A DNA stretch of 64,000 nucleotides from an uncultured Clostridia bacterium. GTDB taxonomy: Bacteria; Bacillota; Clostridia; TANB77; CAG-508. A model generated the notes under the pieces. The model was not told where the DNA came from. It did not search any database and worked only from the letters and a program-made list of their open reading frames with translations. The stretch spans positions 74,965 to 138,964 of the forward strand of contig CANQGP010000004.1 in assembly GCA_947623285.1 (NCBI GenBank). Direction: 5' to 3'. Each line of letters opens with the position of its first letter. Position 1 is the stretch's first letter. Shown here piece after piece: positions 10,120-20,045 of this stretch. The translations under genes were made by a program, and so were the position numbers.

Positions 10120-11145
10120 TTATAATGCTTTTTCTGTTTCAGCTATTATTTTATTCTTTACTTGTTCAAGAGTTCCTTTAATTAAGCATCCTGCAGCTCG
10201 TGGATGTCCTCCACCTCCGAATAAATAACAAATGTCTGAAACATTAATTTCATTTGTAGAACGCATTGAAACTTTATAGCTATTTTCTTCATCCTTTTGT
10301 CTAATAAATATAGAAACTTCTACACCTTCAATACTTCTACCTATATCAACCAAACCTTCATGATCTCCTGGTTCAGCTTTAGCTTCTTCTTCATCTTTAC
10401 TATTTATGTATGAAAATGCTATTCTTCCATTTGCTAGTAATTCTATTCTATCAACAACTTTTTTTGATAATTCAAAATTAGGCTTAGTTCTTGTTTGTAA
10501 AATTTTTGTTGCTATATCTGGAACATCAATTCCTTTTCTTAATAATTCTGCTGCAAATTCAAAAGTTTCTGGAGTAACTCCTTGATATTGAAATCCACCT
10601 GTATCTGTCATTATTCCTGAAAGTAAGCATGTTCCAATATCTTTTGTTATTTCTATTTTAAAGTATTGAAGTATTGAAATTAGTACTTGAGCACATGCTG
10701 GTGCAACTTGATCTACATAATTTATATCTCCAAACATAGTATTTGTACCATGATGATCAATTACTATTGTTTCATTTGCATTTTCAAAATATTCTTTTCC
10801 TTCAAGTCTTTTCAAATCAGAACAATCCAATGAAATTGCTAAATCATAAACATCTTCACTTAAACTCTTTTTTATTTTGTCAGAAGATGGTAAAAATGCA
10901 AAAAGTCTAGAGTATTCAGGTATATACATTTCTGGTTCTTTTCCTATTTGTTTCAATGTAAGATACATTGCAATAGTACTGCCTATAGCATCTCCATCAG
11001 GTGATTCGTGAGTAAATAATGCTATCTTTTCTGCACTTTTTATTTTATTAAGCATTTCTGTCAAAGTTTTATTTTCTTCTACATCCTCTTCTTTGATTCC
11101 AAGAATTTTATTTAAATTTATATCAAGTGGTTTTATTATTTTCAT
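10120..11145 (-). CDS. nrnA: DHH/DHHA1 phosphoesterase (NrnA-like nanoRNase / pAp phosphatase)
   Basis: Motifs HESPDGDAIGS, DHH and GGGGHPRAAG (DHHA1). Confidence 0.8.
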   Translation of the reverse strand: MKIIKPLDINLNKILGIKEEDVEENKTLTEMLNKIKSAEKIALFTHESPDGDAIGSTIAMYLTLKQIGKEPEMYIPEYSRLFAFLPSSDKIKKSLSEDVYDLAISLDCSDLKRLEGKEYFENANETIVIDHHGTNTMFGDINYVDQVAPACAQVLISILQYFKIEITKDIGTCLLSGIMTDTGGFQYQGVTPETFEFAAELLRKGIDVPDIATKILQTRTKPNFELSKKVVDRIELLANGRIAFSYINSKDEEEAKAEPGDHEGLVDIGRSIEGVEVSIFIRQKDEENSYKVSMRSTNEINVSDICYLFGGGGHPRAAGCLIKGTLEQVKNKIIAETEKAL

Positions 11146-11303
11146 TTTTATCTTTCCCCTTTGTATTTATATTCAGCGCAAGATGCTGATTATTTTAATT
11201 CAAAAAAGAATTGATATATTACAAGGCAAACGAATTTAAAATCAATGAGGCATACTATTTGTACGTTGATTTGATTTTAAATGAAGTTTAACGAAGTAAG
11301 ATA

Positions 11304-11681
11304 TTAATTATCTTTTGAATTTTTTGGCATAATATCCTTTAGGATAGAATCAATCTTAAACCCATACTCAATCGAATCATCCAATTCAAATATCAATTCT
11401 GGTGTGTTTCTTAGATTAACTCTTTTAGCAAGTTCTGAACGTATAAAACCAGAAGATTTTTTTAAACCTGCTAATGTATTTTTTACATTCTTAGAGTTTA
11501 GTATGCTAACATATACCTTTGCATATTTTAAATCAGTTGTTACTTTTACTTTTGTAACACTAATTAACCCTGTAACATTAGGATTCTTTAATTTTTGGTC
11601 TATAATGTAACTTAATTCTTTTCTATATTCTTCGTTTATACGACCAAATCTAGCACTATTTTTATCTGCCAAGTAATTCAC
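11304..11681 (-). CDS. rbfA: Ribosome-binding factor A
   Basis: RbfA-like sequence (RINEEYRKELSYII...VTKVKVTTDLKYAKVYVS) located immediately downstream of infB. Confidence 0.85.
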   Translation of the reverse strand: MNYLADKNSARFGRINEEYRKELSYIIDQKLKNPNVTGLISVTKVKVTTDLKYAKVYVSILNSKNVKNTLAGLKKSSGFIRSELAKRVNLRNTPELIFELDDSIEYGFKIDSILKDIMPKNSKDN

Positions 11682-11689
11682 GCCCTTTC

Positions 11690-14446
11690 TTAACGTTTTA
11701 TTTCTTCCATAATATATGCTTCAATGATGTCTCCTTCTTTAATATCATTGTAATTTTCAATTTGAATACCACATTCAAATCCTTTTGAAACTTCTCTTGC
11801 ATCATCTTTAAAACGTTTCAATGTAGCAAGTTTTCCTTCATGTACTACAACATTTTCACGTATTACTCTAACACCCGCATTTCTTTCTACTTTACCTGTT
11901 AATACAAATGCTCCCGCAACAGTACCAACATTAGAAATTCTAAATGTTTCTCTAACTTCTGCTGTTCCAATAACTTTTTCCTCATATTTAGGGTCAAGCA
12001 TACCTTTCATTGCTGCTTCTACATCATCAATTGCTTGATATATTACAGAATATTGTTTTATTTGTACTTCATCTTTTTCAGCTAAATCTTTAGCCATATT
12101 GTCTGGCCTTACGTTGAATGCAATTATAATTGCATTAGATACTTTTGCAAGTGTAATATCAGATTGATTAACAGCACCTGCAGCTGCATGTATAACTTTT
12201 ACACGAACTTCTTCGTTTGACAATTTTTCTAATGATTGTTTTACTGCTTCAACAGAACCTTGAACATCAGCTTTTACAATTAAATTTAATACTTTTAGAT
12301 TTTCTTCTTCCATTTTGCTGAATAAATTATCTAATGTTACAGTTGTTTGTGCATTTATTTTCTTTTCTCTGGCTTGACGTTTTCTTCTTTCTATCAAGTG
12401 TTTAGCCATTTTTTCATTCTTAACCTCATAGAAAACATCTCCACCTTCTGGCACTTCTGTCAAACCAATGATTGATACAGGTGTTGATGGACCAGCTGAT
12501 TTTACTTTTTTACCTTTATCATTTCTCATTGCTCTTATTCTACCAATTGAAGAACCTACAACTATTGTATCTCCTTCATCTAGTTTACCTCTTTGTACTA
12601 ATAATGTAGCAACAGGTCCTCTTGATTTATCTAGTCTTGCTTCAATAACAACACCTTTTGCTTGTTTTTTAGGGTTAGCTTTTAATTCTAATACTTCAGC
12701 TTGTAATAATACCATTTCTAACAATTGGTCAATATTTTGATTTTGTTTTGCAGAAATTGGTACAAAAATTGTATCTCCTCCCCATTCTTCTGGAACTAAA
12801 TCATATGTCATTAATTCTTGTTTAACTTTTTCTACATTTGCATCTGGTAAATCAATTTTGTTTATTGCAACTATTATTGGTATTTCTGCAGATTTAGCAT
12901 GATTAATAGCCTCTATTGTTTGTGGTTTAACACCATCATTTGCTGCAACAACAAGTATTGCTATATCTGTAATTTGAGCACCTCTAGCACGCATTGCAGT
13001 AAATGCTTCGTGTCCTGGAGTATCTAAAAATGTTATTTCTTTATCATCAATTTTTACTTTATAAGCACCTATATGTTGTGTAATTCCTCCTGCTTCACCT
13101 TCAATAACATTTGTCTTTTTAACAGCATCCAATAAAGATGTTTTTCCATGGTCTACGTGTCCCATTACAACCACTACTGGAGGTCTTGTAACTAAATCTT
13201 CTTCTTTATCTTCTGAATCATCAAATAAAATATCTTCTTCTTTAACCTCTTGTTTTTTAATTGCTGTAACACCAAATTCTTGAGCAATCAAAAATGCTGT
13301 ATCAAAATCAATATCATTATTTATTGTTGCCATTATTCCATTTTGCATTAATTTTTTCATAACTTCTGCAGTAGTCTTTTTTAATTCTGCAGCAAAATCT
13401 TTTACTGTAATGATTTCTGGAATTGTTATTTCTGTTAATTTAAATATTTTTTGTTTTGTTTTATTACCTTGTTTTTTAGGCTTTTTCTTACCTCTTCTAC
13501 CTCTTGCAGTCGTTAAATCATAATAATCTAACATTCCGCCATCTTGGTCATTAAACATGTTTGACAATTTATTCGTTTGTTTTAAATTCTTAAGCTTTTT
13601 CTCATCAATAGAATTATCTCTATTATTTCTTTTGTTTCTATTTTTTCTAGACTTATTATCATCATATCTATTAATTGCCTTTTGTCTTTCCATTGTTCTA
13701 TTGTAATCTTTTACACTCTCTTTTTCTACTATATCTACTGACATTATATCTTTTATATTTCTATCAATACCTTTTTCATCCAATGGTCTTTTGTTTCCAA
13801 AACGTTTGTTATTAGGTCCAGTACTTCTATTATTATATTTTGTATTATTTCCATTATTATTAAACCTATTATTATTATAGGTTTTATTATTTTTATTTAT
13901 TTGAGCAGGTTTTTCATGTTTTTGAACTTCTTGTGTTTTAGGTTTTGTTTGCTTTGTTTCAGGTTTTGATTTAATTTCTATTACTTCTTGTTGTAATTTT
14001 GGTTCTTCTTTTTTTATTTCTTCTTTCTTTTCTTCTTTTTTATTTAAACCAAAAAGTTCACTAACAGACATTGGTTTTGTTGTTTTATTTCTATATACAA
14101 TTTTGAAATCTTTATTTGACTTTCTTTCTACAAATCCAATGTTGTTTCTTTTATCTTCCTTTTTTGGAACTTTCTCTTTTTTCTTTGTTGTTTCGTTATT
14201 TATAATAACCTCTCTTCTTATTATTACCGGTTGTCTTTCTTCTTTTTTAGGTTCTTTTTTTGTAGAAGTTTTTCCTTTTCCCTTTTTACTGCGTTCTTCA
14301 ATTTTTTTAGCATCTTTTTCATCAATACTACTCAAATGGCTTTTTGCTTCAATTTTTAATTTTTCTGCTATTTCTAATACTTCTTTACTTGATAAATTTA
14401 GTTTTTTGGCTATTTCATATATTTTTATTTTACCCAATAACTTCAC
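11690..14446 (-). CDS. infB: Translation initiation factor IF-2
   Basis: G-domain motifs [20 protein letters not shown] and NKID. The true start may be the TTG at 14437, 8-9 nt after GGGGGTGA. Confidence 0.95.
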   Translation of the reverse strand: MKLLGKIKIYEIAKKLNLSSKEVLEIAEKLKIEAKSHLSSIDEKDAKKIEERSKKGKGKTSTKKEPKKEERQPVIIRREVIINNETTKKKEKVPKKEDKRNNIGFVERKSNKDFKIVYRNKTTKPMSVSELFGLNKKEEKKEEIKKEEPKLQQEVIEIKSKPETKQTKPKTQEVQKHEKPAQINKNNKTYNNNRFNNNGNNTKYNNRSTGPNNKRFGNKRPLDEKGIDRNIKDIMSVDIVEKESVKDYNRTMERQKAINRYDDNKSRKNRNKRNNRDNSIDEKKLKNLKQTNKLSNMFNDQDGGMLDYYDLTTARGRRGKKKPKKQGNKTKQKIFKLTEITIPEIITVKDFAAELKKTTAEVMKKLMQNGIMATINNDIDFDTAFLIAQEFGVTAIKKQEVKEEDILFDDSEDKEEDLVTRPPVVVVMGHVDHGKTSLLDAVKKTNVIEGEAGGITQHIGAYKVKIDDKEITFLDTPGHEAFTAMRARGAQITDIAILVVAANDGVKPQTIEAINHAKSAEIPIIVAINKIDLPDANVEKVKQELMTYDLVPEEWGGDTIFVPISAKQNQNIDQLLEMVLLQAEVLELKANPKKQAKGVVIEARLDKSRGPVATLLVQRGKLDEGDTIVVGSSIGRIRAMRNDKGKKVKSAGPSTPVSIIGLTEVPEGGDVFYEVKNEKMAKHLIERRKRQAREKKINAQTTVTLDNLFSKMEEENLKVLNLIVKADVQGSVEAVKQSLEKLSNEEVRVKVIHAAAGAVNQSDITLAKVSNAIIIAFNVRPDNMAKDLAEKDEVQIKQYSVIYQAIDDVEAAMKGMLDPKYEEKVIGTAEVRETFRISNVGTVAGAFVLTGKVERNAGVRVIRENVVVHEGKLATLKRFKDDAREVSKGFECGIQIENYNDIKEGDIIEAYIMEEIKR

Positions 14447-14756
14447 CCCCGTTATATTTTCCTTGGATTCCTCTCACTATATTGATATCTTTTATACCTA
14501 TAATTGCTTTATTAGATTTTCCTATTGCTTTACTTAATTCTTCTATCTTGCCATCTATTATAATTGGTATATTGTTTAACTCACATATTTTTTTGAATTT
14601 TTCTTTAGTTCTATCAGAACTATCCTCGGCCACAATTACCAATTTCACTTTTCTTTTTTTTATATCTTCTTCAACACTGTCAGCGCCAAATGATATTTTT
14701 CTAGCTCTTGCAGCTAATCCTATTATTCCTATTATGTTATTTATCAAACAACACAC
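14430..14756 (-). CDS. ylxQ: L7Ae-family RNA-binding protein (YlxQ-like)
   Basis: [12 protein letters not shown] motif and a position between ylxR and infB. The start is uncertain; a TTG at 14747 follows AAGAGG. Confidence 0.7.
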   Translation of the reverse strand: MCCLINNIIGIIGLAARARKISFGADSVEEDIKKRKVKLVIVAEDSSDRTKEKFKKICELNNIPIIIDGKIEELSKAIGKSNKAIIGIKDINIVRGIQGKYNGGEVIG

Positions 14757-14997
14757 CTCTTAACTCATCATAAATCTCATTTGATATTTTCATATCAAAA
14801 ACTTTTTCTAACCTTTTGCTTTTTATTAATTTTTCAAGACATTCCTTGTCCTTACATATATATGCTCCTCTGCCTTCTTTTTTTCCTGTTTCATCTATGC
14901 TTATAATATTTTGTTTGTTCTTAGTTATTCTTAATAATTCTTTTTTATCTTTTTTTTGATTACATCCCATGCATGTTCTAGTAACAGTTTTTTTCAT
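14737..14997 (-). CDS. ylxR: YlxR/DUF448 RNA-binding protein
   Basis: RTCMGCNQKKDKKELLRI and GRGAYIC motifs, located downstream of nusA. Confidence 0.8.
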   Translation of the reverse strand: MKKTVTRTCMGCNQKKDKKELLRITKNKQNIISIDETGKKEGRGAYICKDKECLEKLIKSKRLEKVFDMKISNEIYDELRGVLFDK

Positions 14998-15024
14998 AGT
15001 TGCAACACCTCTTTCTTATTTTTA

Positions 15025-16176
15025 TCATTCAGCAGATTCTTCCTCGTTTGATTCAGTTTTCTCAGAAGTTTCAACTGTTTCGGTGTTTTCTTCATTTGCT
15101 TTTTGTAACATCTCTCTAAATTGAGTTTCAGATTTAATATCAATCTTCCATCCTGTTAATTTTACTGCTAATCTAACATTTTGTCCTGCTTTACCTATTG
15201 CTAATGATAATTGATCGTCTGGAACAATTACTTGTGCAAATTTTTCTTCTTCGTTTATATCTACGGCTAATATTTTTGCTGGTAATAATGCAGATACAAT
15301 ATATATTGAAGGGTCTTCATTCCATTCAATTACATCTATTTTTTCTCCGTGTAATTCATTAATTATATTCTGAATTCTTACTCCTTTTTGACCAACACAT
15401 GAACCAACTGGATCAATATTAGGGTCTGGAGAATAAACAGCTACTTTACTTCTGTTTCCTGGATCTCTAGAAACACTTTTTATTTCAATAACACCTTCAT
15501 AAATTTCTGGAATTTCAAATTCTAACAATTTTCTTACAAAGTCCGGATTACTTCTAGAAACTATTACTTGTGGAGCTCCTTTAGCTCCTCTTTCTACACT
15601 TAACACATATCCTTTTATCTTATCATTAACATGATAATGTTCTGTAGGTATTTGTTCTTTTAAAGGCATTATTCCTTCTAATTTTCCTAAATCCATAATA
15701 ACAGCATTGCCATCAGCTTTTTGAACTAATCCAGAAACAATTTCACCTTTTCTATCATTAAATTCAGAAAATAATACATCTCTTTCTGCTTCTCTTAATT
15801 TTTGGACAATAACTTGTTTTGCAGTTTGGGCAGCTATTCTACCAAAGTTTTTTGGTACTATTTCAACTTCAACATTTTCTCCTACTTTAGCATCTTTTTT
15901 TATTTTTTTAGCATCTTTTAAGTTTATTTCAACTTTATCATCTTCAACTTCTTCTTTTACTTCCTTAACTGCATACACATGTGTTGCTCCTGTTTTTTCA
16001 TCCATATGTATATTTACATTTTCTACTTCAAAATTTCTTTTATATGCTGTAATTAATGCAGTATCTATAGCTTCTAATAAATATTCTTTTTTTATTCCTT
16101 TTTCCTTTTCTAATTCTTCTAATGCTATTATTAATTCTTTGTTATCAATTGCTTTCATTATTATTTCTCCTCCCAA
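15025..16176 (-). CDS. nusA: Transcription termination/antitermination factor NusA
   Basis: S1 and KH domains (GSCVGQKGVRIQNI, AIGKAGQNVRLA). The likely true start is the ATG at 16158, after GGAGGAG. Confidence 0.9.
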   Translation of the reverse strand: MGGEIIMKAIDNKELIIALEELEKEKGIKKEYLLEAIDTALITAYKRNFEVENVNIHMDEKTGATHVYAVKEVKEEVEDDKVEINLKDAKKIKKDAKVGENVEVEIVPKNFGRIAAQTAKQVIVQKLREAERDVLFSEFNDRKGEIVSGLVQKADGNAVIMDLGKLEGIMPLKEQIPTEHYHVNDKIKGYVLSVERGAKGAPQVIVSRSNPDFVRKLLEFEIPEIYEGVIEIKSVSRDPGNRSKVAVYSPDPNIDPVGSCVGQKGVRIQNIINELHGEKIDVIEWNEDPSIYIVSALLPAKILAVDINEEEKFAQVIVPDDQLSLAIGKAGQNVRLAVKLTGWKIDIKSETQFREMLQKANEENTETVETSEKTESNEEESAE

Positions 16177-16649
16177 TTATAAATTGTTTTTGCTTGTGCT
16201 ATATTGCTTATATCCACATTTACATTTTTTCCAAATTCTTCAATTGTTATTTCATGTGGACTAATTTTTTTCAAAATGCCTTTAATTTCTTTGTTTCCTT
16301 TTTCATCCTTTTTAAATAATTTAATTTGAATTTCCTTATTTATCGCTTTTTCATAATGTTCAAATTTTCTTAAATTTTTTTCAATTCCTGTTGACGAAAC
16401 TTCTAAATAATATTGTTCTTTAATAATATCTGCTTCATCTAATATAGGATTAACTATATCATTTACTTTTTCACAATCATTTAAAGTTATCACATTATTT
16501 AGATTTGATTCATCACATATTTTCTCAATATAAATTCTTAAATAAAAGTCTTTTCCTTCTTTCACATATTCTACATCATATAAGTCATATCCTTGTTCTT
16601 CAATAGGCTTTTTTATCAGACTTTCAACTTGTTTTTCTACTTTTGACAA
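16161..16649 (-). CDS. rimP: Ribosome maturation factor RimP
   Basis: RimP-like sequence (YDLYDVEYVKEGKDFYLRIYI...LEVSSTGIE) with a TTG start after AAGGAGG. It is the first gene of the nusA operon. Confidence 0.8.
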   Translation of the reverse strand: MSKVEKQVESLIKKPIEEQGYDLYDVEYVKEGKDFYLRIYIEKICDESNLNNVITLNDCEKVNDIVNPILDEADIIKEQYYLEVSSTGIEKNLRKFEHYEKAINKEIQIKLFKKDEKGNKEIKGILKKISPHEITIEEFGKNVNVDISNIAQAKTIYNWEEK

Positions 16650-16674
16650 ATTTTTCCTCCTTAATACAACATTT

Positions 16675-16699
16675 AAGAGTGGGATTTGTTCCCACTCTT
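16675..16699 (-). promoter_or_regulatory. 5'-UTR hairpin of the rimP-nusA-infB operon
   Basis: A 10-bp perfect stem (aagagtggga / tcccactctt) with a 5-nt loop. It lies between the predicted promoter and the rimP SD and has no U-run after it on the minus strand. Confidence 0.4.
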
Positions 16700-16723
16700 C
16701 TGTTTCTCTTTTTATGCATACTT

Positions 16724-16752
16724 ATTATACACTGTTTTTATTTAAATTGCAA
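16724..16752 (-). promoter_or_regulatory. Sigma-A-type promoter of the rimP operon
   Basis: On the minus strand: TTGCAA, a 17-nt spacer, then TATAAT. Confidence 0.6.
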
Positions 16753-16757
16753 GCTTT

Positions 16758-18017
16758 TTAAGATATTTTTTCTATTACATCTGCTGTTTCAGTAACCTCT
16801 GCAATTTTTATATCTCTAACATGTTCAATTTTTTCCCATGTAGTTGTTCTTCTAAATAAACATTTAAAGTTGATTACAAGCCATGATCCCATAAATATTG
16901 GATAACATAGAAGTCCTTTTACCATTGGCTTAATAGGTCTTCTGTCTAGTGCCATAACTATCATAGCTGTACCTATTGGTAATAAAAATGTTGGCATTAA
17001 ATACATTGCTAAATTGTACATTAATTCTATATTTGTCATTCCATCTCCAGCATACATTAAAAAGTTAGTTGCAACTATTATTAATGTAATTATAAACATT
17101 GGAATACTTCCTACGATATATAATAATCCATCAAAATTCATCATTGTTTTATTTTCTTTAGTAGCTACAGCTAATTGTTTTGTATAATTTGTAATACATT
17201 GCATATGTCCTACTGTCCATCTACTTCTTTGTGACCATGATTGTTTGAATCCTGTTGGTTGTTCATCATATACTATCGCATCTGTTGCCCATCCAAGTTT
17301 TTTACCTTTTATAATTCTTTGTAATGAAAATTCTATGTCCTCTGTTAAAGTTTTTGTATTCCATCCATCAGGTTTAACTACATCGAATCTTACCATAAAT
17401 CCTGTACCATTTAATAATGGTGATAAACCTAAATTATATCTTGCTAAGTGATAAAATCTATGCATTGTCCAATAGAATATTGCATATCCTGCAGTTATCC
17501 AGTTATCTGTTGGATTTTTAATATCTCTATATCCTTGAACTACATCTTCTCCTTGACATAATTTTTTATTCATATTTTTTATAAAATCTTTATCAACTAT
17601 GTTATCAGCATCGAATACAAAGAAAGCATCATAATCTGCATCTTCTTTTATTTTTTGTTGTAAAAACCAATTTAAAGCATATCCCTTTGTCTTTTTAGTT
17701 GGGTCAAATCTTTGATATACTATTGCTCCTGCTTTTTTTGCTATTTCAGCTGTATTATCTGTACAGTTATCTGCAATTACATATATATCATATAATTCTT
17801 TATCATAATTTTGATTTTTTAAGCTTTCAATTAAGTTTCCTACAACTGCCTCTTCATTATGTGCTGGAATTATAGCCATAAACTTATGATTTTTATCTAC
17901 TTTAAGTGGTTTATCTTTTAATTTTACTAATGAGCATAAACTTACCATTATTTGATATAGCCAGAATATAGTTACTATCCATACTAAGGCTTCTCTAATA
18001 ACATATAAATACTCCAT
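16758..18017 (-). CDS. Processive family-2 glycosyltransferase (membrane-embedded synthase)
   Basis: GT2 motifs IIPAHNEE and FDADN, the processivity motif QRSRW, and several C-terminal TM helices. Confidence 0.8.
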   Translation of the reverse strand: MEYLYVIREALVWIVTIFWLYQIMVSLCSLVKLKDKPLKVDKNHKFMAIIPAHNEEAVVGNLIESLKNQNYDKELYDIYVIADNCTDNTAEIAKKAGAIVYQRFDPTKKTKGYALNWFLQQKIKEDADYDAFFVFDADNIVDKDFIKNMNKKLCQGEDVVQGYRDIKNPTDNWITAGYAIFYWTMHRFYHLARYNLGLSPLLNGTGFMVRFDVVKPDGWNTKTLTEDIEFSLQRIIKGKKLGWATDAIVYDEQPTGFKQSWSQRSRWTVGHMQCITNYTKQLAVATKENKTMMNFDGLLYIVGSIPMFIITLIIVATNFLMYAGDGMTNIELMYNLAMYLMPTFLLPIGTAMIVMALDRRPIKPMVKGLLCYPIFMGSWLVINFKCLFRRTTTWEKIEHVRDIKIAEVTETADVIEKIS

Positions 18018-18081
18018 ATTATTATTACCTCACTTTATATTTGTTAAATTTTGTTATTTTCGTCAAATTGCCCTCATCTCT

Positions 18082-18110
18082 ATTATACTATTTTTTTACA
18101 TATTTGGCAA
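18082..18110 (-). promoter_or_regulatory. Sigma-A-type promoter upstream of the GT2 gene
   Basis: On the minus strand: TTGCCA, a 17-nt spacer, then TATAAT. Confidence 0.5.
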
Positions 18111-18166
18111 TATTTTTCAACATTTTTTTATTTTATTAGTCAGGGTAGTCAATTTTTAATCTTATT

Positions 18167-19957
18167 TTATATCTTTAATCTATCTTTATCTTTGTTAAAA
18201 TTCAACAGTTTATTAATAAATTTCTCTTTTTCTCTTTTTTCTTCTTCCTCACTAATATTTTGCATAAATTCATCTATTTTATTCTGGTTTTCTGTGTCAT
18301 ATCCTGAAATTTTTGGTCTTCTAATTTTTCTTTTTTTGATTGATTTTTTTGGATTCATCTTTCCTATAGGTTTTATATTTTTTATCTTTCTTTTCTTTGC
18401 CTCTATTTCTTGCATTTTTTCATTGTATTTAGAATCATATGCTGCTCCAAACTGAAAATAATCATCATCGTCATCATTATTTTCATAAGCTTCATCATCA
18501 TTTTCTTTATCAAGAATTTCTATCTTTTCATCTGAATCTTCATTATTCTCTTTGATTTTTTTATTTTCTCTTTCTAATTTATCTTCTTCATCTTCTTCAT
18601 TAATTTTTTCAAATTCAAATTCGTCTTCTTCATACTTTTCCAAATCATTTAGTACATCATCATCTTTTTCTTCAATAATATTTTCCTCTTCTTCATTATA
18701 TTCAGGATCACTTTCATTTATTAATTGTTCAACTTCATATCCTTCTTCATTTTCATCTTCTTCATATTCAGAAAGATTTCTATCAAATTTCTCTGGCACT
18801 TCTTCTCTAAATGCTGTATAAACATTTTTTATACCTTGAATTCTCCAATAATTTGAATTTATTACTGTTCCAACACTTATCTTTACATTTGTAATTTGCT
18901 TTTCAAAACTTTTTGCACTTTCTTCTATATCTCGTAAATATGTATTGTTGTATAGTCTATTATAGTCATTATCTGTAGCTTTTCCTGTTGTTTCTTTTTT
19001 TATTAATTCATATAATTTATCAATTTGATTTATATCTTTATCAAAATCTGCACAAGCTTCATCCATCATCTTTTCATGTACTATTTCACCATTAATTGCA
19101 GTCATTCTTTCATTATCTAAAAATCCTACAATATAATCTTTTTCTGCATCTAGAAATCTTAATTTAACAGATGTATCTCTTAAAGTTTTTTCATACTTTG
19201 ATATCAATAAATTATCGTCTTCAACTTCTTTCAATAATTTTCTTAATTTGTCATAAACTATCAAATAACATTTAGCTTCTCTTGTGCCTATATCCATTCT
19301 GACTTCTATAGCTTTTCTTATAACATTTTCATTAAATGAAACTCTTTCATTCCTTCCATTGTCCATCATAATATTAAAAATTTGTTCTTTTATTAAACTT
19401 TTGTCTCCATCTACAAAATGCTTCATTCTTTTTATGTCTTCTTTATCAATAATTTCAAATAATTGTCTTGTTTTTTCAATTGTTGTTATATGATTAGTTA
19501 CAGTTCCTTTTTTCTTTCTTGCGCAAATATTTCTATTTTTTTGACTCTCAATAAATTCATCTATTATTTCTACATAATCTCTACGTATTTGTTTTAACTC
19601 TTCATTGTTTTTATCAATTTGATTTTCTATTCGTATAAGCTTTTTTTCTAACAAATCTGGTCTTATGTCTAAATCACTAAATAAATTATGTCTTTGGTTT
19701 TCTAATGTTTCACTGCTTTTGTATAATATTTCTTCCTCTTTTTGTAATCCTTGTAATCTTTTTGCTACATCATCAAACTTGGTTAAAACATCCTCTTCTT
19801 CTTCTAGCATATTTTGGTAAATTTTTATCTCTTCTACCATTCCTTTATATGTATAAAAGTTATTTTTCATATTGTTTTGTTTGTTTAAACCAAGTATATC
19901 TTCCATATATCTCTCTAGTACAATTACACTTCTTTCATACATGATAAAAACCTCCAA
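18167..19957 (-). CDS. Hypothetical coiled-coil protein with a hyper-acidic region and a basic C-terminal tail
   Basis: 596-aa ORF. The likely true start is the ATG at 19942 (MYERS...), after GGAGGT. The C-terminal third is Glu/Asp/Asn-rich and is followed by KKRKIKNIKPIGKMNPKKSIKKRKIRRPK. I recognise no family motif. Confidence 0.6.
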   Translation of the reverse strand: MEVFIMYERSVIVLERYMEDILGLNKQNNMKNNFYTYKGMVEEIKIYQNMLEEEEDVLTKFDDVAKRLQGLQKEEEILYKSSETLENQRHNLFSDLDIRPDLLEKKLIRIENQIDKNNEELKQIRRDYVEIIDEFIESQKNRNICARKKKGTVTNHITTIEKTRQLFEIIDKEDIKRMKHFVDGDKSLIKEQIFNIMMDNGRNERVSFNENVIRKAIEVRMDIGTREAKCYLIVYDKLRKLLKEVEDDNLLISKYEKTLRDTSVKLRFLDAEKDYIVGFLDNERMTAINGEIVHEKMMDEACADFDKDINQIDKLYELIKKETTGKATDNDYNRLYNNTYLRDIEESAKSFEKQITNVKISVGTVINSNYWRIQGIKNVYTAFREEVPEKFDRNLSEYEEDENEEGYEVEQLINESDPEYNEEEENIIEEKDDDVLNDLEKYEEDEFEFEKINEEDEEDKLERENKKIKENNEDSDEKIEILDKENDDEAYENNDDDDDYFQFGAAYDSKYNEKMQEIEAKKRKIKNIKPIGKMNPKKSIKKRKIRRPKISGYDTENQNKIDEFMQNISEEEEKREKEKFINKLLNFNKDKDRLKI

Positions 19958-19979
19958 GATTTTCTTAGTTATTGTTCTT

Positions 19980-20008
19980 ATTATATATAAAAGAAAATAA
20001 AATGTCTA
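19980..20008 (-). promoter_or_regulatory. Possible sigma-A-type promoter upstream of the acidic coiled-coil gene
   Basis: On the minus strand: TAGACA, a 17-nt spacer, then TATAAT. Confidence 0.4.
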
Positions 20009-20045
20009 GCTTTATAATAAAAAAATGTAATATTTTTGTAATATT

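Noticed and set aside
16675-16699. The hairpin as the intrinsic terminator of the GT2 gene.
   Set aside because: It lies downstream of the TTGCAA-17-TATAAT promoter, so it is within the rimP leader. On the minus strand it is followed by AAATGTTG, not a U-run.
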